From NCBI GenBank assembly GCA_002729695.1, contig PBYQ01000035.1, positions 65,344-129,343 on the forward strand: a DNA stretch of 64,000 nucleotides, written 5' to 3'. The stretch is from Citromicrobium sp. (lineage in GTDB: Bacteria > Pseudomonadota > Alphaproteobacteria > Sphingomonadales > Sphingomonadaceae). Below are positions 19,012-27,871 of this stretch, one piece after another (positions within the stretch are counted from its first letter, which is position 1; each line of letters starts with the position of its first letter). Below the pieces are notes generated by a model. That model saw nothing but the letters and a program-made list of their open reading frames with translations, was not told the DNA's origin and searched no databases. Made by a program: the position numbers and the translations under genes.

Positions 19012-19424
19012 AAGACGAAGAACTGATCGCAGCGGCGCGCGAAGCCGCCGCAAACGCCTACGCGCCTTATTCGGACTACCCGGTCGGCGCGGCCCTGCGC
19101 TTCGCCGACGGGGCGATCGTCACCGGCACAAATATCGAGAACGCGAGCTACGGCCTGTCGCTGTGCGCGGAAACGCTGGCGGTGGCGAAGGCGCTGGCCG
19201 AAGGGCGGCGCGGCGGGCTGGAAGCGGTCGCGGTGACCGGCCCGGCGGGCAAGGGCGGCGACGCGCCGATCACGCCATGCGGGCGCTGCCGCCAGGTGCT
19301 GAACGAAATCGCCCAGCTCGGCGGCACCGACCCCGCGATCCTGTGCGTCGGTGCGAAAGATGTGATGGAACTGCGCCTGTCGGACCTGCTGCCGCACGGC
19401 TTCGGCCCGGCGCATCTGGACTAG
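19008..19424 (+). CDS. cdd: Cytidine deaminase
   Basis: ATG at 19008 (ATGA overlap with the previous gene). Zn motifs CAE (SLCAETLAV) and PCGRCRQ. Confidence 0.9.
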   Translation: MKDEELIAAAREAAANAYAPYSDYPVGAALRFADGAIVTGTNIENASYGLSLCAETLAVAKALAEGRRGGLEAVAVTGPAGKGGDAPITPCGRCRQVLNEIAQLGGTDPAILCVGAKDVMELRLSDLLPHGFGPAHLD

Positions 19425-19432
19425 GTCATTCG

Positions 19433-19530
19433 CTCCCCGCCCCGTGGGGAGGGCTTGGGGGAGGGGGTTCCGGTCCATCGGCCTGAGTACGCCCCCACCC
19501 GGCCTTCCCCTGAAGGGGGAGGAGAAGGTT
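19433..19530. repeat. REP-like element, family B, copy 2
   Basis: CCCCGTGGGGAGGG...GGGGGAGGGGGTTCC...ACGCCCCCACCC...CCCCTGAAGGGGGAGGAGAAGGTTG. Roughly 75-80% identical to copy 3 by eye. Confidence 0.75.
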
Positions 19531-19660
19531 GTGCCAACAGTCTCAGAGCATTTTCCTACTTAAAGCGCACCGGCTAGCGTGGCGGCGGCTCTTTCCTATC
19601 GTCGTTCTCCCCACACACGCCTGCTGCGTCACAGGCTCTCTCGGGGCGAAAAAGCGCGAA

Positions 19661-19743
19661 GTGTCACCCTTCTTGCAAAAAGTGCTTGAGAGACAAAGTA
19701 TTGCTTAGGGTGACACCCGGGTGACACGTGTCACCCGCGTCAC
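19661..19743. promoter_or_regulatory. Cluster of four GGGTGACAC/GTGTCACCC motifs including an 18-bp perfect palindrome
   Basis: GTGTCACCC at 19661-19669, GGGTGACAC at 19708-19716, and GGGTGACACGTGTCACCC at 19719-19736. TTGCAA and AT-rich promoter-like sequence lie between them. Confidence 0.35.
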
Positions 19744-19752
19744 TCCTCTTAT

Positions 19753-19849
19753 CTCCCTTCCCCATGGGGAGGGGCCGGGGGTGGGGGTTCCCAGCCATCG
19801 ACCGGGCACACCCCACCCAAACTCCCCATCAAGGGGGAGGAGAAGGTTG
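19753..19849. repeat. REP-like element, family B, copy 3
   Basis: Same three-hairpin layout and AGGAGAAGGTTG tail as copy 2, in the same orientation. It ends 4 bp before the M14 peptidase stop. Confidence 0.75.
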
Positions 19850-19852
19850 GCC

Positions 19853-20992
19853 CTACCCCTCGTCGCTCTCCAGCCATTCGAGCAGCGCGCCGAGGCATTC
19901 GCGGGCGAGCATCTTGCAGCGGTCCGGGCTCCAGCCCTGCAATTCGTCCGGGTAGTCGGCATTGTCCTTGAACGGCATTTCCAGCGTCATCGCGGTCGCG
20001 GCGTAACGTTCGGCGACCTGGTTGGTGCTGATCGTCAGGTTGGCCTTGCCCGGGCCCGACTTGGGATAGCCCTTCGCGCTCTGGAAATCGGGGCAGCGGC
20101 GTTCGAGGATGCGCTGGTAGCGATAGAAGCGCTCGCCATGCTCGTCGCTCCAGCTCGGGATGCCTTCGTAGCCTGCGAGGAACACCGCATCGATCGCTTC
20201 GTCGCCGTGCACGTCCATCGCGAAGTGCACGCCGGTTTCGTCCATCGCATTGCGGATCGCGAGCACTTCGGGCGAACGCTCGGCGCTGGGATCGGCCCAT
20301 TCGCGGTTGAGATTGACGCCCTTGGCGTTGGTCCGCAGGTGCCCGCGTGCGCTGCCGTCGGGGTTGCAGTTGGGCACGATGTTGAAGCGGCACTTCTGGC
20401 GCAGCGCGCGGCCCAGCGTATCGGACGGATCGCACAGCACCTGCAGCGCGCCTTCCATCCACCATTCGGCCATGCTCTCGCCGGGATGCTGGCGGCCATA
20501 GAGCCACACCTGCGTTTCGCCTTCGCCAAGGCCGAGGCAATCGATCGACTGGCCGTCGAACGTCTCGCCCAGCTTGCGGTGCGAGACACCCTCCGCACTC
20601 GCGCATTCGGCGATCAGATCGTGGTGCCGGTCGGTCGAGAAGGGCGCGAAATAGGCGAACCACACAAGGTCGCCTGTGGGGGTGTAGCGGATCGTCAGCG
20701 TGCCGCCTTCCTCGTCCTTGTCGAAGGTGGAGGTTGCGCGGCCCCAGAAGTCGCGGTCTTCGGAAACGCAGGCGTTATAGTCGGGCCATCCGGCGGGATA
20801 GGCGCTGTCGTTCAGGCCGACGATCTTCAGCACCAGTTCGCGCCCGCCGCAATTGGCGACGCGGAAATGGAACCACTGTTTGAATTCGCTGTCTTTGTCG
20901 TGCTTCAGGCGCAGCATCGCGCTCGCCTGATGGACGGTCATCACGTCGATGCTGCCGCTGTCGAATCGGCTGTCGATGATGATGTTGCTCAA
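19853..20992 (-). CDS. M14 family zinc carboxypeptidase-like protein (no signal peptide)
   Basis: TTG start at 20992 after GGAGG, giving (M)[16 protein letters not shown]. Motifs HPGES, NPDG and HGDE are present. Track ORF 19853..21661 over-extends across the upstream gene. Confidence 0.85.
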   Translation of the reverse strand: MSNIIIDSRFDSGSIDVMTVHQASAMLRLKHDKDSEFKQWFHFRVANCGGRELVLKIVGLNDSAYPAGWPDYNACVSEDRDFWGRATSTFDKDEEGGTLTIRYTPTGDLVWFAYFAPFSTDRHHDLIAECASAEGVSHRKLGETFDGQSIDCLGLGEGETQVWLYGRQHPGESMAEWWMEGALQVLCDPSDTLGRALRQKCRFNIVPNCNPDGSARGHLRTNAKGVNLNREWADPSAERSPEVLAIRNAMDETGVHFAMDVHGDEAIDAVFLAGYEGIPSWSDEHGERFYRYQRILERRCPDFQSAKGYPKSGPGKANLTISTNQVAERYAATAMTLEMPFKDNADYPDELQGWSPDRCKMLARECLGALLEWLESDEG

Positions 20993-21600
20993 GGATTGAC
21001 CTCCACTTCGATTGTTTCGCCGCTGTTCCCGGGAAAGCCGGTGAACAGCGCATTGGCCAGCGCGTAGGCGGCGGGGCCGCTTTGCGCGAGTTCTGATTTG
21101 GCGGGCGCCACCAGGCGCGCGCGGCCTTCCCACAGAACCTCGCCGCTGGTCTTGTCGCGCAGGAAGACCGACATGCGGGTCACCACGGTTCTGCCCGAAC
21201 CGCCGCCAAGGTTGATCCCCACGCCCACGCCGACGCTGTTGCCGTAGCGGCTGGTCGATCCGCCGATGCTGCCGGTCACGGGGCTGCGCCGGCCGTTTCG
21301 ATCCAGCTCGGTGCGCTCTACGCTGACGCTGGCGATCTGGTCGGCCGAGGGCCGCGCATTCTCGACATAGCCGAATGCGGCGAGCTCGCGCGCGACGGCT
21401 TCCTTGTATGGCTCCAGCGCAAGGCCCTGTTCGGGCGAGCCGGGTGCGGTTTCGACCATGAGCCGCGCATCGCCGAGTTGTGCGCGCGCCTGGGGTGCGA
21501 CAAAGCGCGTCACCTCGATCGGCTCGGCCGAACGACCGGTGGCGCACGCGGCGAGCGCGAGCGGGAGCGACAGCAGGGCGATTCGTGTGCGGGCCTTCAT
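20989..21600 (-). CDS. DUF4136-like lipoprotein
   Basis: Internal ATG at 21600: [20 protein letters not shown] lipobox. C-terminal [22 protein letters not shown] overlap with the M14 start. Confidence 0.75.
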   Translation of the reverse strand: MKARTRIALLSLPLALAACATGRSAEPIEVTRFVAPQARAQLGDARLMVETAPGSPEQGLALEPYKEAVARELAAFGYVENARPSADQIASVSVERTELDRNGRRSPVTGSIGGSTSRYGNSVGVGVGINLGGGSGRTVVTRMSVFLRDKTSGEVLWEGRARLVAPAKSELAQSGPAAYALANALFTGFPGNSGETIEVEVNP

Positions 21601-21812
21601 GGGCGGGCCTTTCGGTGGCTGGACAGGGGCTTCTCTTGCGGGCAACGCACGAGCGATGCAATCCGTGCCGCGCGCTCTCGAGGAAGAGGCGCTCGAGCTT
21701 GACTTTCCGCGCGTGCGCAATACATGGGCGTCAATGATGACGGCATCGGATGGCTTGTCCTCCGGTGCCGCTTTGTTTTTTCCGATAAGATCAATTCACT
21801 GCAGGTAGTGCC

Positions 21813-21938
21813 ATGAAGATTCGCAACAGCCTCAAGTCGCTCAAGAACCGTCACCGCGACAACCGCGTGATTCGCCGTCGCGGTCGGACCTATGTGATCA
21901 ACAAGACCAACAAGCGGATGAAGGCGCGTCAGGGCTGA
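21813..21938 (+). CDS. rpmJ: 50S ribosomal protein L36 (Cys-less type)
   Basis: Own translation: [41 protein letters not shown]. It is too short to appear in the ORF track. Confidence 0.9.
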   Translation: MKIRNSLKSLKNRHRDNRVIRRRGRTYVINKTNKRMKARQG

Positions 21939-21980
21939 TCGCCCTGTGATTGCGACCATCGCACGCTGATTCGATTTAAG

Positions 21981-22012
21981 GGAGCGCGGGGGGAAGCCCC
22001 GGCGCTCCTTTT
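21981..22012 (+). terminator. Rho-independent terminator after rpmJ
   Basis: GGAGCGCGGGG-ggaag-CCCCGGCGCTCC followed by TTTT. Confidence 0.6.
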
Positions 22013-22025
22013 CTCGCGTGCGTAA

Positions 22026-22065
22026 CAAAAAAGCCCTCCGAGCCTGCTGGCCGGAGGGCTTTTTG
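22026..22065. terminator. Bidirectional terminator between rpmJ and the convergent 22155..22496 gene
   Basis: AAAAAA-AGCCCTCCG-agcctgctggc-CGGAGGGCT-TTTT. Confidence 0.6.
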
Positions 22066-22154
22066 TTTGCCGCATCGCCGAGGGGCGTGGCGATGCGGCG
22101 GTGGAGAGCCGGTCATCGGGCCCGGTCGGGCCCGAATCGCGTCGCTTCAAATGT

Positions 22155-22496
22155 TCAGTCGACCTTGCAGCTCGCCAGCGCTTCTGCGTCGAGTTCCTTG
22201 CCGTTGAAGGAGAAGCTGGAGACGGTGCCGAAGGCGCGGCCAAGACGTTCGCATACCAGTTCGGGACGCGAGCGGGCCTTGGTGCCGACGCACACGGTGC
22301 CCGAGCAGATGAAGGTGCCGCCACGGATCACTTCGGTCCGCTTTTCGACCGGCTGGGCCAGCGTCGCGCGGTAGTAAACGCCCGTCTCGGCCTGCGCCGG
22401 GGCGGGGGTGACGACGGTGCCGAAGGCGACGGCGGTGGTGAGCATGGCGACACCGGCAATGGCCGCCTGGCGGAGCGTGTTCTGGAAAAGGGTCAT
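22155..22496 (-). CDS. Small secreted hypothetical protein
   Basis: Signal peptide MTLFQNTLRQAAIAGVAMLTTAVAFGTVVTPAPAQA. The mature part has 4 Cys. Confidence 0.55.
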   Translation of the reverse strand: MTLFQNTLRQAAIAGVAMLTTAVAFGTVVTPAPAQAETGVYYRATLAQPVEKRTEVIRGGTFICSGTVCVGTKARSRPELVCERLGRAFGTVSSFSFNGKELDAEALASCKVD

Positions 22497-22590
22497 CTCT
22501 GAATCCTTGGGCTAACGGGTGGGTTTAGATCTTCAATCGGGCAACCTTCGGACCGCAAAAACGGCCGTTCAGGTTTAGGTTGCGAATCAC

Positions 22591-22621
22591 TACCTATTGA
22601 CTTAGGTATCAAGTTGCAACT
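22591..22621. promoter_or_regulatory. Palindromes in the AT-rich divergent promoter region upstream of the HxlR regulator
   Basis: TACCTA-ttgact-TAGGTA (22591-22608) and the perfect 10-bp palindrome AGTTGCAACT (22612-22621). Confidence 0.35.
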
Positions 22622-22688
22622 GAAAACTGAGTTTCAATTTTGTGACCGTACGGAATTGCGGTAAGCCTGACGGCTGGAGAGGCTAGAA

Positions 22689-23231
22689 ATGGGTACAGAC
22701 GTCCGCGAACCCCTGATGGAACTGAGCGCCTGCGGCCTGCCGGCAGCGCTCGAGGTGATGGGCGAACGGTGGAGTTTCATGATCCTGCGCGCCAGCTTCA
22801 ACGGCGTTCACCACTTCGAGGAATTCCTCAGCGAGCTCGGCATTGCGCGCAACATCCTCTCCAACCGGCTCAGCCGGCTGGTCGAACACGGCATTCTCGA
22901 CCGGGTGCAGGACGAACAGGATCGCCGCCGCGTGGAATATGCCCTGACCGAGAAGGGCTTCGACCTGCTGCCCGCGATGGTCTCGCTGCGGCACTGGGGC
23001 CTCAAATACGGCACCGAAGGGGTCGGGATGGACCCGGTCATCGTCGACGATCGGGACCGGATGCCGATCGGGCCGGTCGCCATGCTGGCGCACGACGGAC
23101 GCATTCTGGGGCCGGCCGATCTCAACATGGTTGCCCGCAAGGACCTGCCCGAAGAAGGGCGCGACCGCCCCGAAGGCACGCCGCCCGGCGGCGGCGTGGC
23201 GATCGACGAGCCTCGCGAAGCGGCCGAGTAA
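22689..23231 (+). CDS. HxlR-family transcriptional regulator with C-terminal extension
   Basis: CGLPAALEVMGERWSFMILRASFNGVHHFEEFLSELGIARNILSNRLSRLVEHGIL...YALTEKG. Confidence 0.85.
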   Translation: MGTDVREPLMELSACGLPAALEVMGERWSFMILRASFNGVHHFEEFLSELGIARNILSNRLSRLVEHGILDRVQDEQDRRRVEYALTEKGFDLLPAMVSLRHWGLKYGTEGVGMDPVIVDDRDRMPIGPVAMLAHDGRILGPADLNMVARKDLPEEGRDRPEGTPPGGGVAIDEPREAAE

Positions 23232-23240
23232 CCGCTCGGA

Positions 23241-23729
23241 TCAGTTCGGCCAGTGTCCGCCCGTCCTGCACTTCGGGATGGCGGCGTCGCGGGTTTTGAC
23301 CAGCAGCGCGTAGAGACCTTCCAGGCCGTTCGGCGCTTGCGGGTCGTAGCCCGCCAGTGCGAGGTCGATCGCTTCGACCGCCTTGCACGCCCGCGCGCTC
23401 ATCACGCCATCCAGCTTGGTATAGCCGCCGGCCACGGTCATCATCGACAGGCCCTTTGCAATGGCGAGGGTGCTGCGCTGTTCGGCGCTCATCGCCTGCA
23501 CCGATCGTTCGAAGGCGACCGTCGCGTCGTACACGGCCTTGCACTGGGCGAGCCTCTCTGCCGAATAATCCCCCTCGGTCGTGGCCTTGTTGCAGTGATA
23601 GGCGGCAATCACCCGCGCATCGTATGGGTCCGAAGGGATGAGGTTCCGCGCTGCGGCCGCCGACGGCAGGCACAGTCCCATCCCCACGACCATCCCCAGC
23701 GCAATCGACGGAACGAGACGCGTGTGCAT
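23241..23729 (-). CDS. Hypothetical secreted protein
   Basis: Internal ATG at 23729: MHTRLVPSIALGMVVGMGLCLPSAAAA. Last gene of a three-gene minus-strand cluster. Confidence 0.5.
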   Translation of the reverse strand: MHTRLVPSIALGMVVGMGLCLPSAAAARNLIPSDPYDARVIAAYHCNKATTEGDYSAERLAQCKAVYDATVAFERSVQAMSAEQRSTLAIAKGLSMMTVAGGYTKLDGVMSARACKAVEAIDLALAGYDPQAPNGLEGLYALLVKTRDAAIPKCRTGGHWPN

Positions 23730-23755
23730 CGCGATAGGTGCTCCCAATCCCCGGT

Positions 23756-24670
23756 TCAGCAGTATTTGTTGACCGGATTGCCCCGGCACAGGTTGTATTC
23801 GTAGCGCTTCCAGTTCGCGATATCGCGTTCCGAGCTGCCGAAGGGGGTGATCGGATCGCGCACCCTGCCGGGCGAGGTATAGCCCGCGCTATATGCCTGC
23901 GATCGCCAGGTCGACGCCTGCCGCGCCGCAGCCTCGCGCTGCCAGCGCGCTTCCTCGGCGGCCTGCTGCTGGCGGTTTTCGTAATCGACCCGCTTCCACA
24001 GCCGCGCGGCGTCAGGGCAGCTTTCCTGCAAGCCGCTGTCGCATGCTTTCTTGTGGAACTGGTAGGCGCGGCGATGATCCCAATTGGCCTCGAGCGCCTG
24101 CGCCCACACCCGGCAGGCGCTGCCCGAGCGATACCGTTCGCACAGCGTTTCGGAGAGGTCGTAGGTGATCGCGTTGTAGAAACCCCGCTCGTCGCGGAAG
24201 AAGGCCAGCGCGCGGTAACAGGTATTGGGCGAGGCGCCCTGCATGCACATGTCCGCCATCACCAGCGCGCGCTTGGCCGGGTCGGTGGTCTCGAAATCGT
24301 CCCACGGGCGGCACAGGTCGTACATCCCGGCATAGCAGGATACGCGCGCGAACATGTGCGATATCGGGTGCTCGTCGCCTTCGAAGCTGGTGTTCTTGAA
24401 CCTGCGATAGCCGATTTCGCACCGGTCCTGGTCGCCAGCCATGCACGCCTTCATCCAGGTGGTGGCGACATCGCGGTCGGTCCGCCCGAACAGCTGCCCG
24501 GCAAGGTCCACCGCCCGGTCGCACGCCGGGCGGTTGTTCGAACTGCACGCCCCGAGGCTGGCCCACCATTCGCCCCTGGCACCCCCGGCATCCGGATCCT
24601 GCGCAGCCAGCGGCCCGGCCAGCGCGGCGATCAGCACGGCGAGCAGCAGCGGGACGAGCCGCGAGCGCAT
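23756..24670 (-). CDS. Secreted Cys-rich repeat protein (Sel1/Hcp-like Cx7-8C pairs) with Gln/Ala/Arg-rich segment
   Basis: MRSRLVPLLLAVLIAALAGPLAAQ signal. Repeated pairs CMAGDQDRC, CYAGMYDLC, CMQGASPNTC, CERYRSGSAC and CDSGLQESC. Confidence 0.55.
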   Translation of the reverse strand: MRSRLVPLLLAVLIAALAGPLAAQDPDAGGARGEWWASLGACSSNNRPACDRAVDLAGQLFGRTDRDVATTWMKACMAGDQDRCEIGYRRFKNTSFEGDEHPISHMFARVSCYAGMYDLCRPWDDFETTDPAKRALVMADMCMQGASPNTCYRALAFFRDERGFYNAITYDLSETLCERYRSGSACRVWAQALEANWDHRRAYQFHKKACDSGLQESCPDAARLWKRVDYENRQQQAAEEARWQREAAARQASTWRSQAYSAGYTSPGRVRDPITPFGSSERDIANWKRYEYNLCRGNPVNKYC

Positions 24671-25203
24671 CAGCTGTTCTCGGTCTCGCAGTCGTCGAGC
24701 GCGGCCCACACCGCGCCCGTGCCGGTCCCAGGTCCACCCCAGGTGAAGGGCCCGTAGGTATAGTCATCCATGCTGACCGTGAACGAGCTTGCACCCCGCA
24801 GCGCGGCGTAGGTCGCATCCGAGGCTTCGCCCGGGCCCCAGCCGCCCCACACCGATTCGCTGAAACCGCCGACATCGTATCCGCCCGAACGCGACGGCGC
24901 GCTGCGGCCGGTATCGAACGCGACCGTGACCGAGTAATTCTCTTCCGGGTCGGCATCGCTGAATTGCTGCATGAACGGCCCGTAGAGCGAGACGCTGAGG
25001 TTGCCGTCGCGCAGGCGCCGCGAGAATTCGGCGCGGATTTTCTCTCCATCGGCGTCCTTGCCGAACACGCTGATCCGGCACACCCCGCTGCCATACTCGG
25101 CGGCCAATCCGTTCGCGTCGGGCTTGGGCCCGTCGACGAGCGTGACGCTCTGCAGGGCAAGGACGGGGGAAAGGGCGAGGCCGATGGCCGTGGCGATGCT
25201 CAT
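24670..25203 (-). CDS. Hypothetical secreted protein
   Basis: MSIATAIGLALSPVLALQ signal-like N-terminus. 1-nt TGATG overlap with the next gene. Confidence 0.5.
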   Translation of the reverse strand: MSIATAIGLALSPVLALQSVTLVDGPKPDANGLAAEYGSGVCRISVFGKDADGEKIRAEFSRRLRDGNLSVSLYGPFMQQFSDADPEENYSVTVAFDTGRSAPSRSGGYDVGGFSESVWGGWGPGEASDATYAALRGASSFTVSMDDYTYGPFTWGGPGTGTGAVWAALDDCETENS

Positions 25204-25534
25204 ACACGAAACTCCCGGTAATCGTGGAGCCGCAAGCCTAGCGAATGGGCGCGCACCCGCCAGTTACAAACGCTGTCAGGTTTGGGTGGGGGCGGTCACC
25301 TCGTCCGAGGCGGAGATTGCGATGTTCGCGTTTAAAGGCGGCAGCCTTTGCCGCTGTCCTACACCGCCCCGTCACGCTAGGTTCGGCGCGCTCTTTCAAA
25401 CCGTCGATCTGCCGCGCCAGTCCTTCCCGGACATCGCGCTCGTATGCCCACTCCAAGGGGACCGGTTTTTCTGCCCCTGGACACTGTGTCAGGTGTGTCA
25501 GGGGCGACCGCGAAGCCGCCCCGTCGCATCTCGC

Positions 25535-27793
25535 CTATTCCTCGATATGCAGCGCTTCGCCTTCCTGCGCCGCCGCGATCTCCGCGGGCGAGAAGGGCAG
25601 GCGGTTCCAGGCTTTGGCCGAATAGGCCTCGGTCTGGTCGGCGTAGTGCGGCGAGGCGGGGTTGGTCGATTCCGAATAGCTCAGGATCGCGTCGGCCACC
25701 GGTCCGTCCTCGTCGAAGCCGACGATCTGGATGTAGCTCGTCCCGTGAACCGGCGTGACGCCGCCCGGGATGGGCTGCGCGATCTGCACGTTGAGCACGC
25801 CTGCGGTGCCCGGTCCGCCGTGGATCGCGATCCGCTCCCCATTACGCAGGGCGACCTGCACTTCGCCCCACGGCGCGTCGAGCGCGATGCCGCGTTCCTC
25901 GATCTCCTTCGCGGAGGCGACCAGCGCGGCGAGCAGCTCGGTGCCCGCCTTGCCAGCCGTGTTCAGGTCGCGCGGGGTGTTGACCGGGTCGGCAGCGTCG
26001 AACGGCGTGGCCCACAGGTCGGGCCGGGTGGCGACCTTTTCCCAGAAAGTGTCGAACAGGTACGCGCCCCGGCTGTCGTTCTCGAAGCGGCGATCCCATC
26101 CGGCCAGCACGCCGCAGGCGGGTGCTGCCGCCGCGTCGCTGCCGCAGATCGAGAGCAGCGGATCGACCGCCATCTCGGCTGCGAGGCTGCGGTTGGAGAA
26201 GGCCAGCGCCTGCGCGCGCTCGCGGGTCATCGGGCCGATCGCCAGCACCGCGCCGGTTTCCTGGAAGTTGGCCCGCGTGCGCAGCGATACCGGCGTGCCC
26301 CACGCGCCGAGAATCGGAGACAGCTGCGCGTGTGGTGCGCTCGCATTGCTCAGCCAGTAGCTGTCGTTGCTGTTGGTCACCGAGTCGCTGCGCTGCTGGA
26401 TCGCCTGATCGCTCGCGGGCATCAGGCCGGGCACGGGCGTGCCCTCGGCGATGGTCCAGTTGCACTGCGACCGCGACCCGTCGAGCAGCGTCAGGCGCGA
26501 GGCGACGAAGGCGGAGAACGGCGTGGCGCACTCTGCGACCTTCTCGGCCGAAACGTTGGGGACCGAGGTGACGTCGGCATGCATAGCGTGGCCGTACCGG
26601 TCGGCAACGATGGTGTTGACCCACGGGATGCCCAGCGTCTCGGTCACCGCCTTGCGCACGTCGTCGACATTGGTTGCCCGCGCGATCCGCACCCAGGTCC
26701 CCAGCGCGCGCTGGTTGGCGCTGTTCGCGTCGCGCATCGCGAAGGCGGTGTCCTTGGTCCAGGCGAGCCCCACCTGCGGCATCGCCACCATCGGACCGTA
26801 GATGGTCGAATAGAGCATGCGCTCCACCGGCGCGGCGCCATCGGGCATCGGCACGCTGATGGTGCGCTGGGTCATCTCCATCGGCTTGCCATCGACGATG
26901 TACCGGGTCGGATGCTCGGCATCGAGCGCGAGCTGGTAGAGCGTGAAGTGCCGCGCGGCGGTGACCGTGTGGGTCCACGCGATGTCGCGGTTGAAGCCCA
27001 GCGTCGGGATCGGGCCGCCCGCAAGCGTGCTGCCCATCACGTCGAGGGTGCCGGGAATGGTGGTGTGGACCTGCCAGAAGCGGTTGGGCCCCTGCCATGG
27101 GAAGTGCGGGTTGCCGATCACGAGGCCGCGCCCATCCTCGGTCGCCTCGCCCCCGAAGGCCCAGCCGTTGGAGCCGACGCCCATGTCCTCGCGCTCGGGC
27201 AGGTCCATCGCGGAAGCCTGCGACGGCATTCCCGGAGGCGCGGCATTGGCGATCGCCGGGAGGAAGGGCATCGCGCTGGCGAGCAGCATCTGCTTCTCGG
27301 TCAGGCGCAGCATGTCATCGGTGGTGATCGGCTTGACCCACGGCTTGCCGCGGCATTCGGCGGGGATGCCATCGGTGCCCGCATCTCGCAGGAAGCGGTT
27401 GTACCCGGCGACGTAGCCCGCCGCTAGCTGGTTCGCCTCGGGCCCCTGCGCGCTCGCCCCGGCACGCAGCCGCGGCAGGTCGATCACCGAGCGCATGAAG
27501 ACGTCGGAGCTGAGGTTGTCGACCTCCTGCGATCCGTGCAGCACCTTGCGCTCGGGCCCGAAATACAGCGAGCGCTCACCCCGGACGGTCGCGAACTCCT
27601 CGGCCAGCAGGCACAGGTTGTCCTGCGCATAGGCATAGGCGACGCCGTAGCCGATCCCCTCCCAGCTATCGGCCGAGACATGCGGGATACCGTAGGTGGT
27701 GCGCACGATGGTCGCGTCGAGATCGCCCTTCGCCTGTGCTGCCGTTCCCGCAAAAGCCGCAGCGGCAAGCGCCGCCCATCCGATCGTCCGCAT
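25535..27793 (-). CDS. Penicillin acylase family Ntn-hydrolase (acyl-homoserine-lactone acylase-like)
   Basis: Internal ATG at 27793: MRTIGWAALAAAAFAGTAAQA signal, IVRTTYGIPHV, and the autoprocessing site GVGSNGWAFGG with the nucleophile Ser. Confidence 0.85.
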   Translation of the reverse strand: MRTIGWAALAAAAFAGTAAQAKGDLDATIVRTTYGIPHVSADSWEGIGYGVAYAYAQDNLCLLAEEFATVRGERSLYFGPERKVLHGSQEVDNLSSDVFMRSVIDLPRLRAGASAQGPEANQLAAGYVAGYNRFLRDAGTDGIPAECRGKPWVKPITTDDMLRLTEKQMLLASAMPFLPAIANAAPPGMPSQASAMDLPEREDMGVGSNGWAFGGEATEDGRGLVIGNPHFPWQGPNRFWQVHTTIPGTLDVMGSTLAGGPIPTLGFNRDIAWTHTVTAARHFTLYQLALDAEHPTRYIVDGKPMEMTQRTISVPMPDGAAPVERMLYSTIYGPMVAMPQVGLAWTKDTAFAMRDANSANQRALGTWVRIARATNVDDVRKAVTETLGIPWVNTIVADRYGHAMHADVTSVPNVSAEKVAECATPFSAFVASRLTLLDGSRSQCNWTIAEGTPVPGLMPASDQAIQQRSDSVTNSNDSYWLSNASAPHAQLSPILGAWGTPVSLRTRANFQETGAVLAIGPMTRERAQALAFSNRSLAAEMAVDPLLSICGSDAAAAPACGVLAGWDRRFENDSRGAYLFDTFWEKVATRPDLWATPFDAADPVNTPRDLNTAGKAGTELLAALVASAKEIEERGIALDAPWGEVQVALRNGERIAIHGGPGTAGVLNVQIAQPIPGGVTPVHGTSYIQIVGFDEDGPVADAILSYSESTNPASPHYADQTEAYSAKAWNRLPFSPAEIAAAQEGEALHIEE

Positions 27794-27871
27794 ATTCAAC
27801 CCTCTCCATTGTCTTTTGCCGACAGGGCTATGGGGCAGGGCAGGACTTTGCAAACACAATCCCCGTGCGGG

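Noticed and set aside
19721-21067. A 448-aa ORF beginning MTRVTRVTPLISLPHGEG
   Set aside because: The N-terminus is a translation of the GTGACAC repeats and a REP-B element. The rest is antisense to the M14 peptidase gene.
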